Positions 38,333 through 52,299 of a stretch of DNA of 62,964 nt are shown here, piece after piece. The number at the start of each line of letters is the position of its first letter. Positions within the stretch are counted from its first letter, which is position 1. The position numbers were made by a program, and so were the translations under genes. Source of the DNA: Lama guanicoe (Eukaryota); assembly GCA_013239625.1 (NCBI GenBank), contig MU053810.1, positions 5,736,071 to 5,799,034 of the forward strand, given 5' to 3'. The notes under the pieces were generated by a model that saw only the letters and a program-made list of their open reading frames with translations, was not told the origin of the DNA and did not search any database.

Positions 38333-40246
38333 ATAAATTTATGCTGCCCTTAAAAGTGAAATAATTTCTGTAGCCTTTGTGGGCTGTCTCTGAGGGAGTC
38401 TGACTGTATGTGCTAACTCCTTTTCTTTTCCCCGTGCCTTTCACCCTCACTCACTCATTTATCACTTGGTATTTCCAAATCTGCACTTTTAATCAGTTAA
38501 GACTCTTGTCCTTGCTTCAATCGGGATTAAATCAAACCAATTCCTAAACAGCTCCGGCCTCTGAGCAGAAAATACACAAAAGAAGCTTCTGAAATGTCAC
38601 AGCCTCACATTCAAAAGTCAGTACTTTGTTGAGACACCTGGGGCACTGACCTTGATCAACACCTTGCCCCGGCACCCAGAGTCTAGACCCATTACTGAGT
38701 GCCTTGAATTCCATGACCCGATCACTCCCTGGTAATTTAAATGACCTTCTGACTTGTAGGACCCACTCCTCTGAGAAATACAGAAACTCACATTCATGCA
38801 CCTGCCTTCCTCACATGCTTCCCACCCAGCACTTCAAGTTCTGGTGCCCCTTTGACTCTCTCCTTCTGATCACCCCTACCAGCACAAGCGTGTCCATCTA
38901 TACAAAGCATAATTTAAGCCAGTTATTTTCTTTTAAAATTATTTCTGTATAGCATGCATCTCCATATAATAATGCAAAATACAAGACCTCAACCTTAGTA
39001 AATTCATCTATCTGAGTCTACGAATGATTCAGCTGTCTAGAATCCAAGAAACCAAAGGGCACAAATGTACTTTTTGTAGAATTGGTTCTAAAATTTTAAA
39101 AGAACATAATTAAGAAACAGTGCATACATGTAGCATTTATTTATTGTGGAAGCAAGCTATTTCTCAGAGGCGCAGAGAAAGAAACCATAACAGCCTAACC
39201 CAATGCTGAGTTTAAAAATCAGCAGTTTCTTGAAAGGCTACCTCCTACTCCCACCAACAGAGGAAACATTACTCAGAAGTCGGCCGACACAGCTACCGGA
39301 ACTACATCAAACGGGAGGATGAAGCGTGTACCACTAACACCAACCAGAGGAAGCAGTCAAAACGTCAGTCCCCCACTACAGACCCAGAGATCGGCACAGC
39401 AGATGTATGCACCATCTTCAATTTCACAAAGCCTTCTAAGGAGAGGATTTTTGTTCCGGACACTTGGAAAGTCTGTGATCTCTAGAGGTAGGGAAAAGCC
39501 TGTTTCTCCAGAAGAATTCATTTCAACCATACATCCAAAGTGCTGAAATACGAAATACTGTCCCAGGACTCGGGGACGTGGCCAGTCCTAGCTGCATCAA
39601 TTCACAGCTTTCAGCACGTCTCCGTCAGCTGTCAACTTTGGAATAATGGAACTGTCCACAGAATTCCTGAAACAGGCTGAAAAGACTAAGCAAAATAAGA
39701 AACTGGACTGCCCACAGGTTTAATTTATTCAGAGCCCGTAGCAACCAGAGATGGTTTTAAACTGACTTGTATCTTAATTTGGTTTGAGTAAATCCAAATG
39801 TTAATTTTTGACCACAAGGATTCATGTGAGTGCAGGCTTTCTGGTAAAATTTTTAGTTACAATTTTTTTTAAGTTCTTAAATTAAAACCATAAGCTTTCC
39901 CTGTCACACAGACTGTTAAGAAAAGATCGTGAAAGGTCATCTAATTCATCCTTTATCAAGAGAAGTAATGTTTTCCAAAGTTAACTGCAAATGGAGAAGT
40001 AAAATTATTTGACAATTACAGTGCACCTAGTTTCTTACTTAGGCTCTTTAATCTGAGCATTTACTTTAACCCAAAAGCATTTTTTTCCAAAAAAAATGGC
40101 AAGATAGGTTAAACAATTATTTTTCAGTTGAATCTACACCAAAAAAAATTCATATAATGCAAACATGTATTTTTTACATTGTTTTTAATGTTCTTTGACC
40201 CACAAAAAGGATGCTTATTTGCCCCAAACAACATTTGATGACATAC

Positions 40247-40400
40247 TTCAGTTCAGGTAGCCCACTGAAGATTTCTCTGCGGCTTAGTTCAGAAATCCCA
40301 TTTCCAAGAAATATTTTTGTTCCATCAAATTCTTTGGCTCCTTTCTTACATTTGCCTTTAATATCAGAGTATATGGAAACAACATCTCCAGCTTTCATAA
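40247..40400 (-). CDS. NSUN6: NSUN6 coding exon 5 (PUA domain)
   Basis: Encodes (F)MKAGDVVSIYSDIKGKCKKGAKEFDGTKIFLGNGISELSRREIFSGLPEL(K); 154 nt; ctag acceptor and gtatgt donor. Confidence 0.96.
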
Positions 40401-41142
40401 CTAGAGGAAGAAGAAAATCAAATCATGCTGATCTATCTATACAGTAAAAATTCTTTAAGCTTTAAATTTTAAGACCGGGGACGTCGAGAGGCGTAAAGCA
40501 GACTAAACACGCTCATTGTCTCAATATAACCCCTAAGAGAGAATGTAGTAGCTCTTTATTTTTAAATGTTCCCTAACAACAAATCTAATTGAAATTTTTT
40601 TTCCTAAGAAAACAAAGATATAAAATAGTCTTCAAAACATCCTACCTCAATTGGAAGTCTTAAGCTGAGCAGAGAGGAAGAATATCTTCTATTTATTTTC
40701 CCCAAACCTAACACTCCCTAAAAGAGTAAGTTAAGAATATTGAGTTTCACCACAAAATTAAGATTCCAGGTGCTGAATGTTCCCCTCACAAATGATAGGG
40801 TAGCAGCCTGGGGTTTTAAAGCAACAGAGTAAAGAATACAAAACAAAATTTCCCTGACATCTTACACCCTATTAAGCAGTCATGATCCTTTAAACAAACA
40901 TCATTACACACGTCCTTATCTAGAATGGAAAAACTGGCAGAAAACCTCACACGGATGCCTAATCTGTCAGTCCATACCAGACACATCCTTTAACTGGCTA
41001 TACTAAAATGCAAAGCTTGGAATATAACTTTTTTAAAGCAAATTTGAAAGGTATCTGAGTGATAATTTAATACATTTCTCATTTGAGGATACATACACAT
41101 TTTAGCGAATGTTTTACAGAGAAGTCTAAAGACTGTGCTCAC

Positions 41143-41252
41143 ATTTGGAGGCGGACACGATTCCTGGAACATAGACGTGGGCTCCCCGTAACACTGCGCT
41201 GCCACACTGGGCTCCGACGACAACCTCGCAGTGTCGCTGTTTTATGTTCTTC
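41143..41252 (-). CDS. NSUN6: NSUN6 coding exon 4 (PUA domain)
   Basis: Encodes (R)KNIKQRHCEVVVGAQCGSAVLRGAHVYVPGIVSASK; 110 nt; cccag acceptor and gtgagc donor. Confidence 0.96.
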
Positions 41253-41534
41253 CTGGGGACGCAAGACGAGAGAAATTGAACACGGTGATACACATCCAGC
41301 GCCCACCAGCCTGTGCGGTGTTTCAGTCTGAAGCCTACATAAATAACCTCTCTAGTCCTGACTGCCACTTATCCATAAAGGAGACAAAGCTGAAAAAAGG
41401 AAGATAAACATAGAGGAAATACTTTTCAAAAAAATGAGAAGAAGATGAAGATGATGGGCATTTGAGGAAGAAACAATAGCAAGAGGATGCTGGTGTAAGG
41501 TGGTATGTGGCACCAGAAACTGCTTCATCAAATA

Positions 41535-41810
41535 CAACAAACTAGTGAATATAACAAGGCAGCAGCGACTCTCAGATACAGAAGACAAATTAGCGGTTAC
41601 CAGTGGGGGGAGGGGAGGGAGAGGGGAGTCAGGAGGTACAAACTGTTATGTATACAGTAAGCCACAAGGATATGCTGCAAACACAGGGAACGGGGCCAGT
41701 GTTTTATAGTAACTATAAATGGAGAACAACCTCTAAAACTGAATCACTATATTGTACACCTGTAACTTATATAATATGGTGGCAGCAACTATACTGCAAT
41801 AAAAAAAAAA
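41535..41810 (+). mobile_element. L1 3' UTR fragment
   Basis: actagtgaatataaca...gactctcagatacagaagacaaattagcggttaccagtggg...ctgaatcactatattgtacacctgtaact...caataaaaaaaaaa. Confidence 0.82.
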
Positions 41811-42224
41811 GAGGCAGGATGGAGATGACAGGAAATGACACACAGGGCAGAACAGGTGGCTGAAGGTGCCCTGTGGGGCCCAGCCTGTCTGCTGTCATCA
41901 GCTCCGACGCCTTTTGTTAGAAAGGACATGATCAGGTGTTTCTACTCCAATCACCCAATGAAGCTTTATGCGAGCTGAAGTCACAACCCACCCCTGCCCC
42001 GGCCAAAAAAACCGCTGCTTCATCATTTAACAAGCACTGTGCTTCCTAACGGCACTGGGAGAGAAGAGAAATGAAGTCCCTGTCTTCACACACTAAAACA
42101 CACAACACACAGGGAACTCACAAACGTTTCTAAAGTGGCAGGTTGTTGCATGGGAAGTTATTAATATTTTAAACTAGACAAAGAGACAAAGATAAGTCTT
42201 GTTTTCTTCCTTTGCTGTCCAACA

Positions 42225-42380
42225 TTTTTGTTTTTTCAGGATGGGGGTAGATAGTTAGGTTTCTTTATTTTTAATTAATTATTTATTTTATTTTATTTTT
42301 TAGTGGAAGTACTGGGGATTGAACCCAGGACGTTGCGCATGCTAAGCACACACTCTACCGCTGGGCTATACCCTTCCCGC
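42225..42380 (-). mobile_element. tRNA-derived camelid SINE (Vic-1-like)
   Basis: gtactggggattgaacccaggacgttgcgcatgctaagcacacactctaccgctgggctataccc; flanked by gtccaacattttt / gtctaacattttt. Confidence 0.85.
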
Positions 42381-44123
42381 CTTTTTTTTTTTTTTCAGTC
42401 TAACATTTTTCAGTGTTCTCCAGTTTCTCCCCTCCCCTCCACTCCTTAGATCACCAAAACCCACGCATCACTTCTAACACTCAGGACAGACATTTTCAAT
42501 GGTCAGGGGGTGCCCGTGTGATCAGCCCCAAATACAGATCTTGAGAACACTTCATATGTGCTGTCATAGCTCCTTGCTGGGAGAATTAAGTGTCCTTTCT
42601 CTCCATGATCTCCAAACGATCACATCTCACTAAACTTCTCAGTTTTACACCACTCCTTCCTGGTCCCACACATTCTCACTGCTCATTCTCTAGCTATTTC
42701 TTAAAGAGGTTCACTTCCCCCCACCCCCAACCAAGTTCAAAACCATGCCAACCATCTCTTCTCACTCTGTATCCTAAACCTTGGCAATCTCACAATTTCA
42801 ATAATCACTTACAAAAACAATCCACATTTTCTAACAATTAGCCTTTCTAGACTCTGATTACCTGCAGGTAGCTGTTTATAGATGTCTCACAGTTATTTCA
42901 AACTCAGCAAGTCCTAAATAATGTCATTTTTCTCTGACCCACTCCTTAAATCCTTGGTTTACACCCCAGAGCTTTTCATCCTCTTGTGTTTCCAGTCTTG
43001 AACCAAGTGTCATTATCTACCTGAATAACCAAACTGGAGAGTTTGGCATCATCTTAAATCTCTTCTTCCTGAAACTCCTAACTTAACATTCAGTGAGTTA
43101 CCAGTCATGCCACCTCTAATCCTCTGACAGATCTGCTGGGCCCGTCCCCTGACATCAGACATGAATCATCTCTTAACCTGACGACTGAAATTCCTTCCTG
43201 CCTTTCACCTCTGATCGCTTTCAGGTCCTCCTGATGCCTTTGGTGTTCTTCAGTTTCATTTTTAAGTATCCAGACGTGAATTTATTTTGACTTTTGGCCT
43301 CAGGCTTACTGTACTTCTTAAAACTTTCACCAATCCTGGAAAATTACTAGTCATTCTATTTTTTAATGCTGTCTCTCACCCATTTCTTTCTAATCTCTCC
43401 ATCTGAGGCTCATCAGAAACATGTAGTGCCTTTTCATTCTTTTTCTATGATATGGTTTCATACTTTGAACGGCTTTACCTGTCTCTACCGCATTCTGGGT
43501 AATTCCTGAGTCATCTCCTACTTTTTAATTCTCTCATCTGCTGGGTCTAACCTACAGTTTAACTCATTAAGTGCGTTTTAAATTTTAATATTTTAATTTC
43601 TAGAAACTCTTTCAGTTTTTATTTTCTTCCTGGGGTCTTTTTATATTTTAGATTCTCACCCTTGTTTTTAATCATTTCAAAGAAACTGATCTTACACTCA
43701 ATACCAGTTAGCTCTATTTGCTGCAGTTCTGGGGGGGACTCTGATCCCTTTGGTTTGTCACACATGCTGGTTCTCACTCACGGTGGTTTGATTCCTAGTG
43801 CAGGGTTTAACAACTGAGAAGGGTGCATGGCCTGGCCTGACAGGTGCCACTTCTGAGTCATTTAGCCAAGCACCTAAGGAACTGACTTGGGATCCAATTT
43901 TTATGTTAATTTCCCAAACTGCAGCTTTCAAGACCACTTGGCTAGTATGAATCTGAATTCCAAACCCTTACAGGTATAGAACCGTAGTTCTCAGAGATTT
44001 TTTTACCTCCAATCCAGACTCTAAGGCAAGAGAGATCCAGTGCCTAATTACAGCCTTGCACTGACTACTGGGCATTTCTCACCTCCTAGTGGTAATATCC
44101 TGTTGTTAAAACCAAAGCTCCTA

Positions 44124-44169
44124 TTGTAAAATGACTATAAATCAATTTAAAAAAGTTAAAAAAAAAACA
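44124..44169 (+). mobile_element. Very short L1 tail with degenerate TSD
   Basis: ttgtaaaatgactataaatcaattt plus A-tail between aaaaccaaagctccta and aaaacaaagccccta. Confidence 0.6.
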
Positions 44170-46062
44170 AAAACAAAGCCCCTAAGTTTAGGGGACCAAC
44201 CACCTCCTCTTCCAAATGCCCCAACTCGCAAATCTTACTTCACAAGCTTATTGCTATTTTCAGTTACTCTACACTCTAACCCCTGAATATGTCACTTATG
44301 TTCTTAATCACTCAGTGTGCATTTTACGACCTGTATTTTATTCTGTATTCCTAGGCGTATGTAGCAGACATCCCCACATTATCTACTTCACCACAGTTAA
44401 ACTTTTTTGACTGTAACGCAATGTAGGAAATATGCATAAATCACATCCCAGGACCCGTGTGTGTATATATACACACACTTACATTTATAGCAAACATTTC
44501 ATGAAATACCTATGTACAATCCAATGTATTATAAAATATCTCTTTTCTTTTAAAATAATGCCTATTAAAAATAAACAATTAAATTGATTTTACTACCTAC
44601 TCATGGGTCATGATCTGCACACAGTCTGGAAAACACAGCTTTATACTACTACCAATAGTGTATTTCTAAAATCATGACTCTAAGAAGAACTATTTGTCTC
44701 CTATATTCTATACAAAACACAAAACAGTCCTTAGTTTAAAAAACAAAAATCTCTATACAGATCACAGCCTGCCTCTCCTAACTTCTTCAAAGTCTTCTTT
44801 CATCAATCTCTCTGAAAACCAATGTAGCAGCCAAACCTGATCACTTTCGTCAAGAACCACCACGTGTGTGTCTGTGTCTCTGCCTGTGCTTCGTCTCCAC
44901 CCAGCTTCCTCGTGCCTACTTCATCTCCTCATGCACCTAATGCTTACTCTCCTTCAAGGCTCAAGGGAAATAACATCTATTTGGAGGAAATCTTTACCCA
45001 TCTCTTTGCACTCAGTCCTTCCTCTGCTCTGCTCTGATGGTCCTTCACTCACACCTCTGCTGAGGCATTTACTGCATCAGACTTGTACCCACATTCCCTG
45101 CTTTTGGACTAGACAACTATATTTCACCCATCTTTGTAACATCTTTGGGTCTCACATATAGCACCAATTCAAAAAACATTTTGTGAAAGAGAACTTTACA
45201 GTGCTAATCAAGAGAGTTTTTGTGAGAATAACCATTTCATGGGAAGGAGAGAATGGAAGACTACGGAGAAGAGATGAACACAGTGGGCTGGAACTGCTGT
45301 CCTTTCTTTGGAAGGCCTGGCTACAAGGCCGGTCCTCGGCTGGTGTTCGGGAACTCGGAACCAGGAGCAGTGCCACTATTAACTGATGAGGGTAACTCGC
45401 CACACTGAAAACGTACTGAACCACTGCTCGACTGCTGACCACTAAACTACTTTAAAGCTTTAGCAAAATGAGCATTTTTATACTTATTACGACTCTTGGG
45501 GTATTAAAAAATTACATCATAATTAGGGACTTTAAAATGCTCTTTGGGAACAGAACTCTCATCATAATATGAAAGTCTTTTTTTTTTTTCCAATTTTAAA
45601 ACATATGCCTTCCAAATACAGAATCTGAGTAGGACAGTTCCCCTTCTACTCAGAGAACATGCACCATAATTTAACAATTGTGAATTAACAAAATTTTACA
45701 AATATATCTGCTTTAAAAAGTAGGAAATATGTTGCTTTGTATTTTTGTTGTAGCTAAAAAATATACAAATAAAAAAAGCAAAAGTTTCTTAGAAAGTAGA
45801 AAAAAATCAATAACTGTATTAAATTAAACTAAAATTACTCTCAAGGTATCTGAGCTCATTTCTAGTCTTCTTTTGTAATATTTTCATGACACAGTATAAA
45901 GTCAGCATTTATGAAATCTGTGAATGCCTATCTAAACAAAGTTGCTATTAATGGACAAAATTAGCACTGTCACCAAACAGTAAAAAAAAAAAAAAAAAAA
46001 GAACCTGTGACAAATTTTTATTTCAAAGAATACAATTTGCACACAGAACAGTTGTTACAAAC

Positions 46063-46142
46063 CTAGGTCCAATGACAGGAATAAGTAAGACATCCTGCAG
46101 CTCTGGATGCTGAAGAACAGGAAAACTTAATCCATTAAACTG
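46063..46142 (-). CDS. NSUN6: NSUN6 coding exon 3
   Basis: Encodes QFNGLSFPVLQHPELQDVLLIPVIGP(R); 80 nt; aacag acceptor and gtttgt donor. Confidence 0.95.
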
Positions 46143-46639
46143 CTGTTAAAAAACAAACACACAGGATTACAAAGGGATTAGCGTATTTGCTAAATTTCAA
46201 ATTATGGAGCTTCTGAATCTCATTACTTAGCAGAGCATAAAGCTTGGTTCAGAATATTTTCACTTTATTCCATGTGACATTATAAGCATCAAAGACTTCA
46301 AAACAACGGTGTTTTCTCTATAATTCTGAAGTAACTTCTTCGTAAGGCTCAATTTCGCTCAGTTTGACTTTGTAAATAGAAACCCTGTTTACCGTAAGTG
46401 ACTTGCTTTGAAAACATATGCAATATAAAACTGCATGTAGTACACTCTGTTAAGAAAAGCTTCTGAATAAGACATTAAAGACTGAGATTATTAAATACTA
46501 TTTATTACATACTAACCACACGGGACGCCCTGTCAGTTTTGGTGAAGTTCTTTTTGGCAAAGGTTCAGGAGTTTCAGGAGCCTTGACCACACTTGGCCTG
46601 CAGACTGGGAACAGGTGCTGGGGCCAATGAGAGCCAAGT

Positions 46640-47050
46640 GACTCCACAGCTACACTGGTAGCTTCAAAGTGATCACAGTGGGAGAATTTACACCATGAAG
46701 ATCAACAAACACCACAAATCAGGGTTATTTTACCCAGAAAGTGGGTTGTTCAGTACGTAACAGCACACCACAGTTGCAGGCAGAAGACAACCGGGCACCC
46801 CACGCAGCAGAATCAAGAGCAGAGGAGTGGACTGGACAGCAAGTACTGGACACGCTAGCAGAGAGCAATGTGCAAACATCTGAGAACAAGTCTCCGCCAC
46901 CCAGGATAACCGAGAGATTATCAACCCAGTCATTTTCACGTACTGCTCAAAAGAGCAGTAATGATAACGTGTACCTGCACTGGCTCGAAGTATCCATGTG
47001 CTGCTAGAGAAAACTTCCAAAATCAACTTATTTCTAAATTGATAAGGAAA
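46640..47050. mobile_element. hAT DNA transposon relic (MER63/Blackjack-like)
   Basis: ggtagcttcaaagtgatcacagtgggagaatttacaccatgaagatcaacaaacaccacaaatcaggg resembles the recalled MER63-type consensus. Confidence 0.45.
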
Positions 47051-47569
47051 GAGGAAAAAAAAACCTTATTATTTTAGAAACCTAACTACATTCTACCAAG
47101 TCAACAGCTCTCCTGACTTCTGCTTCTTCCAGGCCAAGGATCTTTCAGACTAACCATATCCAATAGACAGCTAGTAAGAAATCTGGAGGGTAAAGTCCGC
47201 ATTCAATCAGACCACTCTCCCTTTCTCTTCCCCTCTCTCCCTCACGCACTCTCATCATTGGAAGCCTTATAGTATCCAGGCTATCGTAAAGTGATCCTTC
47301 CAAGGAGAAGGTAATCAATTTTGTTATTTGTTTTTCTTTTGTTTTAAAAGCACTTTTCCTTTAGACAATAGAAATATTTTACAAAGAGATCAATCCTTCT
47401 CAGGACAAGGTTTTCTTTCTCTCTTTTTCTATCAAATATTAAAACAATAGAGAAATAAAACTTTCATAAAACCACACATGCTTAACTTTCATAAAACATC
47501 ACAAATAAACTTTTTTTTAAACCAAGCATATCACCTGCCTCTTTTTCTGTTTCTGCCCTGTGACCTTTT

Positions 47570-48200
47570 AAAAACAGCCTTAATGACATTTAAGTTACAT
47601 ACCAGAAAATGTACCCATTTTAAAGGCACAACTCAATTTTTTATAAATTTACAGAATTGCACAACCATCACTACAAGCCAGTTTTAGATCATTTCCATCA
47701 CTGCAAAGTCTCCCCATCCCCAAGTGCAGTCAATCTCTGTTCCTAGCTCCAACCCAAGGCAACCACTAACTTACTTTCTCTCTCTAAATATGCCTTTTCT
47801 AGACACTTCGTATAAACAGAATCATGTAATACACCATGTCTCGTGTCTGGCTTCTTTCACTTAGAGTAACAATGTTTTTGAAGTTCATCTATGGTGTAGC
47901 ATGTATCAGCTCATCACTTTACTGCTAGGTCATGTTCCTCTGTGTGAAGAGTTGTCCACTGATGGACATTTGGGTAGTTTCTCGCTTTTGGTTATTATAA
48001 ACAATGCTGCTATTAATGTTCACGTTCAAGCATTTGCATAGAAGTATGTTTTCATTTCTCTTGGGTAGATACCTAGGAGTGGAATTGCTGGGTTGTGCAG
48101 GATGTTTAACTTTTTAAGCGACTGTTTTGCAAAGAGGCCAAACCATTTGACATTCCCACCTGCAATGCATCAAGTTCCAGTTTCTCCACTTCCTCACCAG
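47570..48200 (-). mobile_element. L1MB-like 3' end
   Basis: aaaatgtacccattttaaagg...caaccatcactaca...ggcaaccactaac...gatggacatttggg...ttgggtagatacctaggagtggaattgctgggt. Confidence 0.82.
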
Positions 48201-49888
48201 CCAAATGGAATTTTTAATTATTAAATTTCAGTATTTGACCCAGAGAAATTTGGAGACAAAGTGCCCACTCATATACCATTCAAGACATGACTTTAGGACA
48301 CATGTGACCTTTGGAACATAGAAAAAGAAGGAAAATTTATCATCTAAAACCTCCTCCAATTCCCCTTTCCTACTAGAAATAGGCACCACTCTACCACCGG
48401 TTTCTTATCTAGAGCTGATGACCTAACCTTCTCTGTCTCATCTTAACCTTTAAGGAAAGGGACTCAAAGCCCAGAGGGAGTCTGTCTGCCTCATCTTAAA
48501 TACTAGCCCATGAGATCTTATATTCCCATCACACTGGGGTACTAGATTATCTAAACTCTAGGAATAACTTGCTAGAAGACAATCTGGATCTGCCTGAGTT
48601 AGGGACACCTCTAATGGGCCTCAGAACAGGTTTCTTTCAGCTCGCTGAAAACTTACATGCCTGGCTATATAAAAGTCATCATCTTAGTTGCTTAGAGGAA
48701 CTGCCTAATTTTATGCCTAATGTCATTACTCTCAATAAAATGATCACCCTTATTAAAAATCAGATTAACCTTTCTCTGAGTCTTATTTACACTAAGTTCT
48801 GGTCTCATGCAGCCAGAAACCACTGCTGGTTCTTCTTATAACACGGTCATCTACTCACTACTTGAAGTTATAGAACTGTCCCTAAAGAGAGTATGATAAA
48901 CATTCCATAAACGGACTGAGATTAAAGATAAAAAAATGAATCAGTATCAGTAATAATTTTCTGAAAACTTCTCAAAGTTATTTGTAAACTGATAACACTG
49001 CCTGTGAGGTGCAAATGGTACTCTTTAAATCATGCTTACCTCTTGCTTTTCACTTAGGTGGCAATTAGGTAGAAATAAGTCTGCAGACAGCTACCCAGTC
49101 TCTTACTTGTTATCAGAGATTTAATAACTACAAAATGAGTTGTGAAATAACCTCTGTAGGCTTCTGTTTTCCTCCATCTTACATTTCTTTGGGGTCAAAT
49201 TTCAGTGCCCAGTGTATGAAACACAAAATGCACAGCTTTTGAAAGCAAAGAATGAATATAAACAAGAAAATTCAAATATTTTTCTGCTTGGAATGTAAAA
49301 AATGCCATTTTATAATACTGTGTTCACAGAAATGATTATCATGCCAAATCTATCTTATTGGTTGAACAACAACAACAACAAAAACTTGTGCTGTTTTATT
49401 TAAAATATATTTTTTACACTGTTTAATTTCCTTTTATTAAAACTATATTTAATTAAATCATCATATTCAAGTTAAATTAATTAAAAATATAATCCTGCAG
49501 TTAATCAGTAGGTACTTCCCTACCTCTGGGCTCACCTCAGCTATACAATCTGCCCTCCTGATCATTATCTGCTGCTTAGTACAAGATCACAGAGTTTTAG
49601 AGTTAGAACGGATCTCTTAACATGTATTATAACGATGAAGCAACTGAGGCCCAGAGGGATTAAGCAGCCTACTCAGTCACTAAATAAATTCAGAGTCAGA
49701 AGTACTAAATTCAAGTTCTAGCATTAGCACCCACTCTGTAACCTTGAACAACTTAACATTCACGATCCTCAATTTTTTATTTGTAAAATTGTAATAGATT
49801 ATGGTTCACATGATTTTAGGGAGAAGCAAGATGACACAGGCTATAGAAATGTTGATAATGTACATAATGACAAAAAATTTGCATGAAC

Positions 49889-50044
49889 CTTTTGAAGTTC
49901 ATCAAACAACAGATTTTTCACATGTTGCACTGAGGCTAGATGGGTATTTACTCTGACAGTTGTGAATGATGGAGGGTGTGACAAGCGACATAACAGAGCT
50001 TCAAACTTCCTTTCTGCTTCTTGTTTACCTAAAGCAGATACAAC
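49889..50044 (-). CDS. NSUN6: NSUN6 coding exon 2
   Basis: Encodes VVSALGKQEAERKFEALLCRLSHPPSFTTVRVNTHLASVQHVKNLLFDELQK; 156 nt; tttcag acceptor and gttcat donor. Confidence 0.96.
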
Positions 50045-50523
50045 CTGAAAAGTAGAACAAGTTAATGTTTCAATTTCATTATACAAATTAAAGATATTAA
50101 GCAGAATATACACATATACATTTAAGTAATGAAACATCACTCAGCAATAGTTCATTTCCATTTCATTTTTCTGTATTGTTTATGTGTTAATAACACTAAG
50201 AGAATGATAATACCTCACAGGATTATGCTAATAAACACCTAATAAAATGCCCGACATGAAGGGCTTAGAAAAACACTGCTTCAACTTCAAAGCACTATTA
50301 ACTTCAACTTCAAAGTTAACATATCTGCTACGTTTACTCATATAAATTCAAGATTTCATTCTACTTATTAAGAAATTAACTGTTACATTATTTCTGTAGA
50401 ACTAGTTGCTTTCTAATCTCAGATCCTAGAGCAAATTGGTTAGTAACCTTTTAAAACACCAATATTTGAAGAACAAGTAACATTGATAACATCACCCGAA
50501 GATGCCCTGTGACATCATCATCT

Positions 50524-50610
50524 TTTTTTTTTAATGGAGGTACTGGGAATTGAACTCAGGACCTCGTGCATGATGGGCATGCACTCTACCACTGAGCTAT
50601 ACCCTCCCCC
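50524..50610 (-). mobile_element. tRNA-derived camelid SINE (Vic-1-like, short)
   Basis: tttttttttaatggaggtactgggaattgaactcaggacctcgtgcatgatgggcatgcactctaccactgagctataccctcccc. Confidence 0.85.
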
Positions 50611-52170
50611 TGAAATCAGCTTTTTAATATGGTATTATTAAATGTAACAGATACTGTCTAAAAAAGCAGGTAGCAAGATATCTGTCAGAAATGAGTTGAG
50701 AAAGACTCAAAACGACCAAGTTTCCCTGTCATTAACTGAAACTTTTCAAGATACATTTCCCACCATCTTTTGTCATCTTTGACTATACCCTGCCTCACAG
50801 AAGCTTCATAAACCACTTGCCAGCCTAATAATCTACTAGCCTAAAAATATTAGTATTTTCTCAAAGTTTAAACTAAATATTCTGTTACCTTTGATATTTT
50901 TTACAAAGGGATGGTTTTTCTTTTTGTAAAATCATATAGTTAGTGGGTTTGAGGCAGAGGTGATGTCAAAGAAAGACATTTGAATCTTCTTTTATAAAAC
51001 AATGTTAACCATTTTAAAAATCGCTGGGAGAAAAACTGACAAATGCCTTTTTCTCTTAATACACTCCTTACATAGTAAATTCTTTGAAATTAGGAAGATA
51101 GTTTCTCTTTCCATACTCTCTTGTCCCTTAACATAATCTTTGGAAATAAAATGTAGAAATCGAATCTAAGTCATGACTTCACCAACATCTTTAAAAATTA
51201 GCCAACGTTTAAGGGGCTTTACTTTGAACAGAAAACAAAAGATTTGGAAAATACAGAGTTGCTTACAGGCAGGACAGTAAAGTGGAAAGAGCACAGGCTT
51301 GGCAATCAAAGACAATCAACTTTCACCGAAGACTTCTGTGCTTGGCACTGCTCGCAGCACACAGAATGAGTATTTGTTGAGGGTTTATTATGAGCTAAAA
51401 CGATGCCAGGTGCTCGCACTTACAATACCTTAAAACAACCTTGTAAGTTAAATATAGCTAACAGTCCTCCAATTTCACAGAAAAGGAAATCAAGGTTAAG
51501 GGATGTGAAGTAATTGACTCAAAGGACTGGACTGCAAACCAGGGGCTTGGGACTCCAAATGTGTTCCTTTGCTCATTGTCCCTGAGCTCTTCACCTTCAG
51601 ATCAATACTGTCTCATGATAGGGGTGTCAATTTCAGCCAGTGACATGGCTCTTTAGACCCTCAGTCCTCTCACCTGCAAAAAGGGGGAGGAAATCCCCAC
51701 GAGAAAATGACTGCTAAGATCAGAAAGTAAAGGTCTGCACATCACCTAGCACAACTGCATTTACGCAGCACTCAATAAAGTCTATCATCTCTTTCACCTT
51801 AGTTTCAAGTGAAGTGCTGTAAGACTACAAGTGTTTGTTCTCTCCGGGGCTTAAATTCTCAAAGACAGGGATCTTTTCTTGTGCATCCTTGTAACCTCTT
51901 CAGTGCCGTGCCTACTGCCAGGCACACAACTGCTTTTCCCCCTCCCTTCTTTCCCATTCCTAAGTGTTACAGCAGATACCTCATTCACCTCTTACCTTGG
52001 AAGGCATTAATTAAATACCGGCAGAAAGACATTACTATTCATTTTACATTCGGAAAGTAAGAAACAAAGATTGCAAACATTAGACTTCCTTTTAGACTTT
52101 TTCTATTTCTCTAGATTGTATAAATATTAGAATTTTTGCTAATCTCATATAACGTGTATATCTGACCTAC

Positions 52171-52245
52171 CTCCTTATTCATGAAGCCCGCTTTGAGATA
52201 ATTTTCAACCTCAAGCCTCAAAGATATTTTAGGAAAAACAGACAT
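52171..52245 (-). CDS. NSUN6: NSUN6 coding exon 1
   Basis: ATG at 52245 gives MSVFPKISLRLEVENYLKAGFMNKE; gtaggt donor; the 11 exons sum to 1425 nt, i.e. 474 aa plus stop, all in frame. Confidence 0.96.
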
Positions 52246-52299
52246 CTTCCTGTTGCTTATTTCTCCTCCTTCAGAAGTGCTGGAAAACGGTGCGTTTTC

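Noticed and set aside
39300..39680. Possible cryptic NSUN6 exon or small ORF in intron 5
   Set aside because: The NSUN6 reading frame is complete without it; no supporting homology.
47455..47505. Short direct repeat aactttcataaaac (similar case at 50279-50314)
   Set aside because: Two-copy local duplications in AT-rich intron; no array or element structure.
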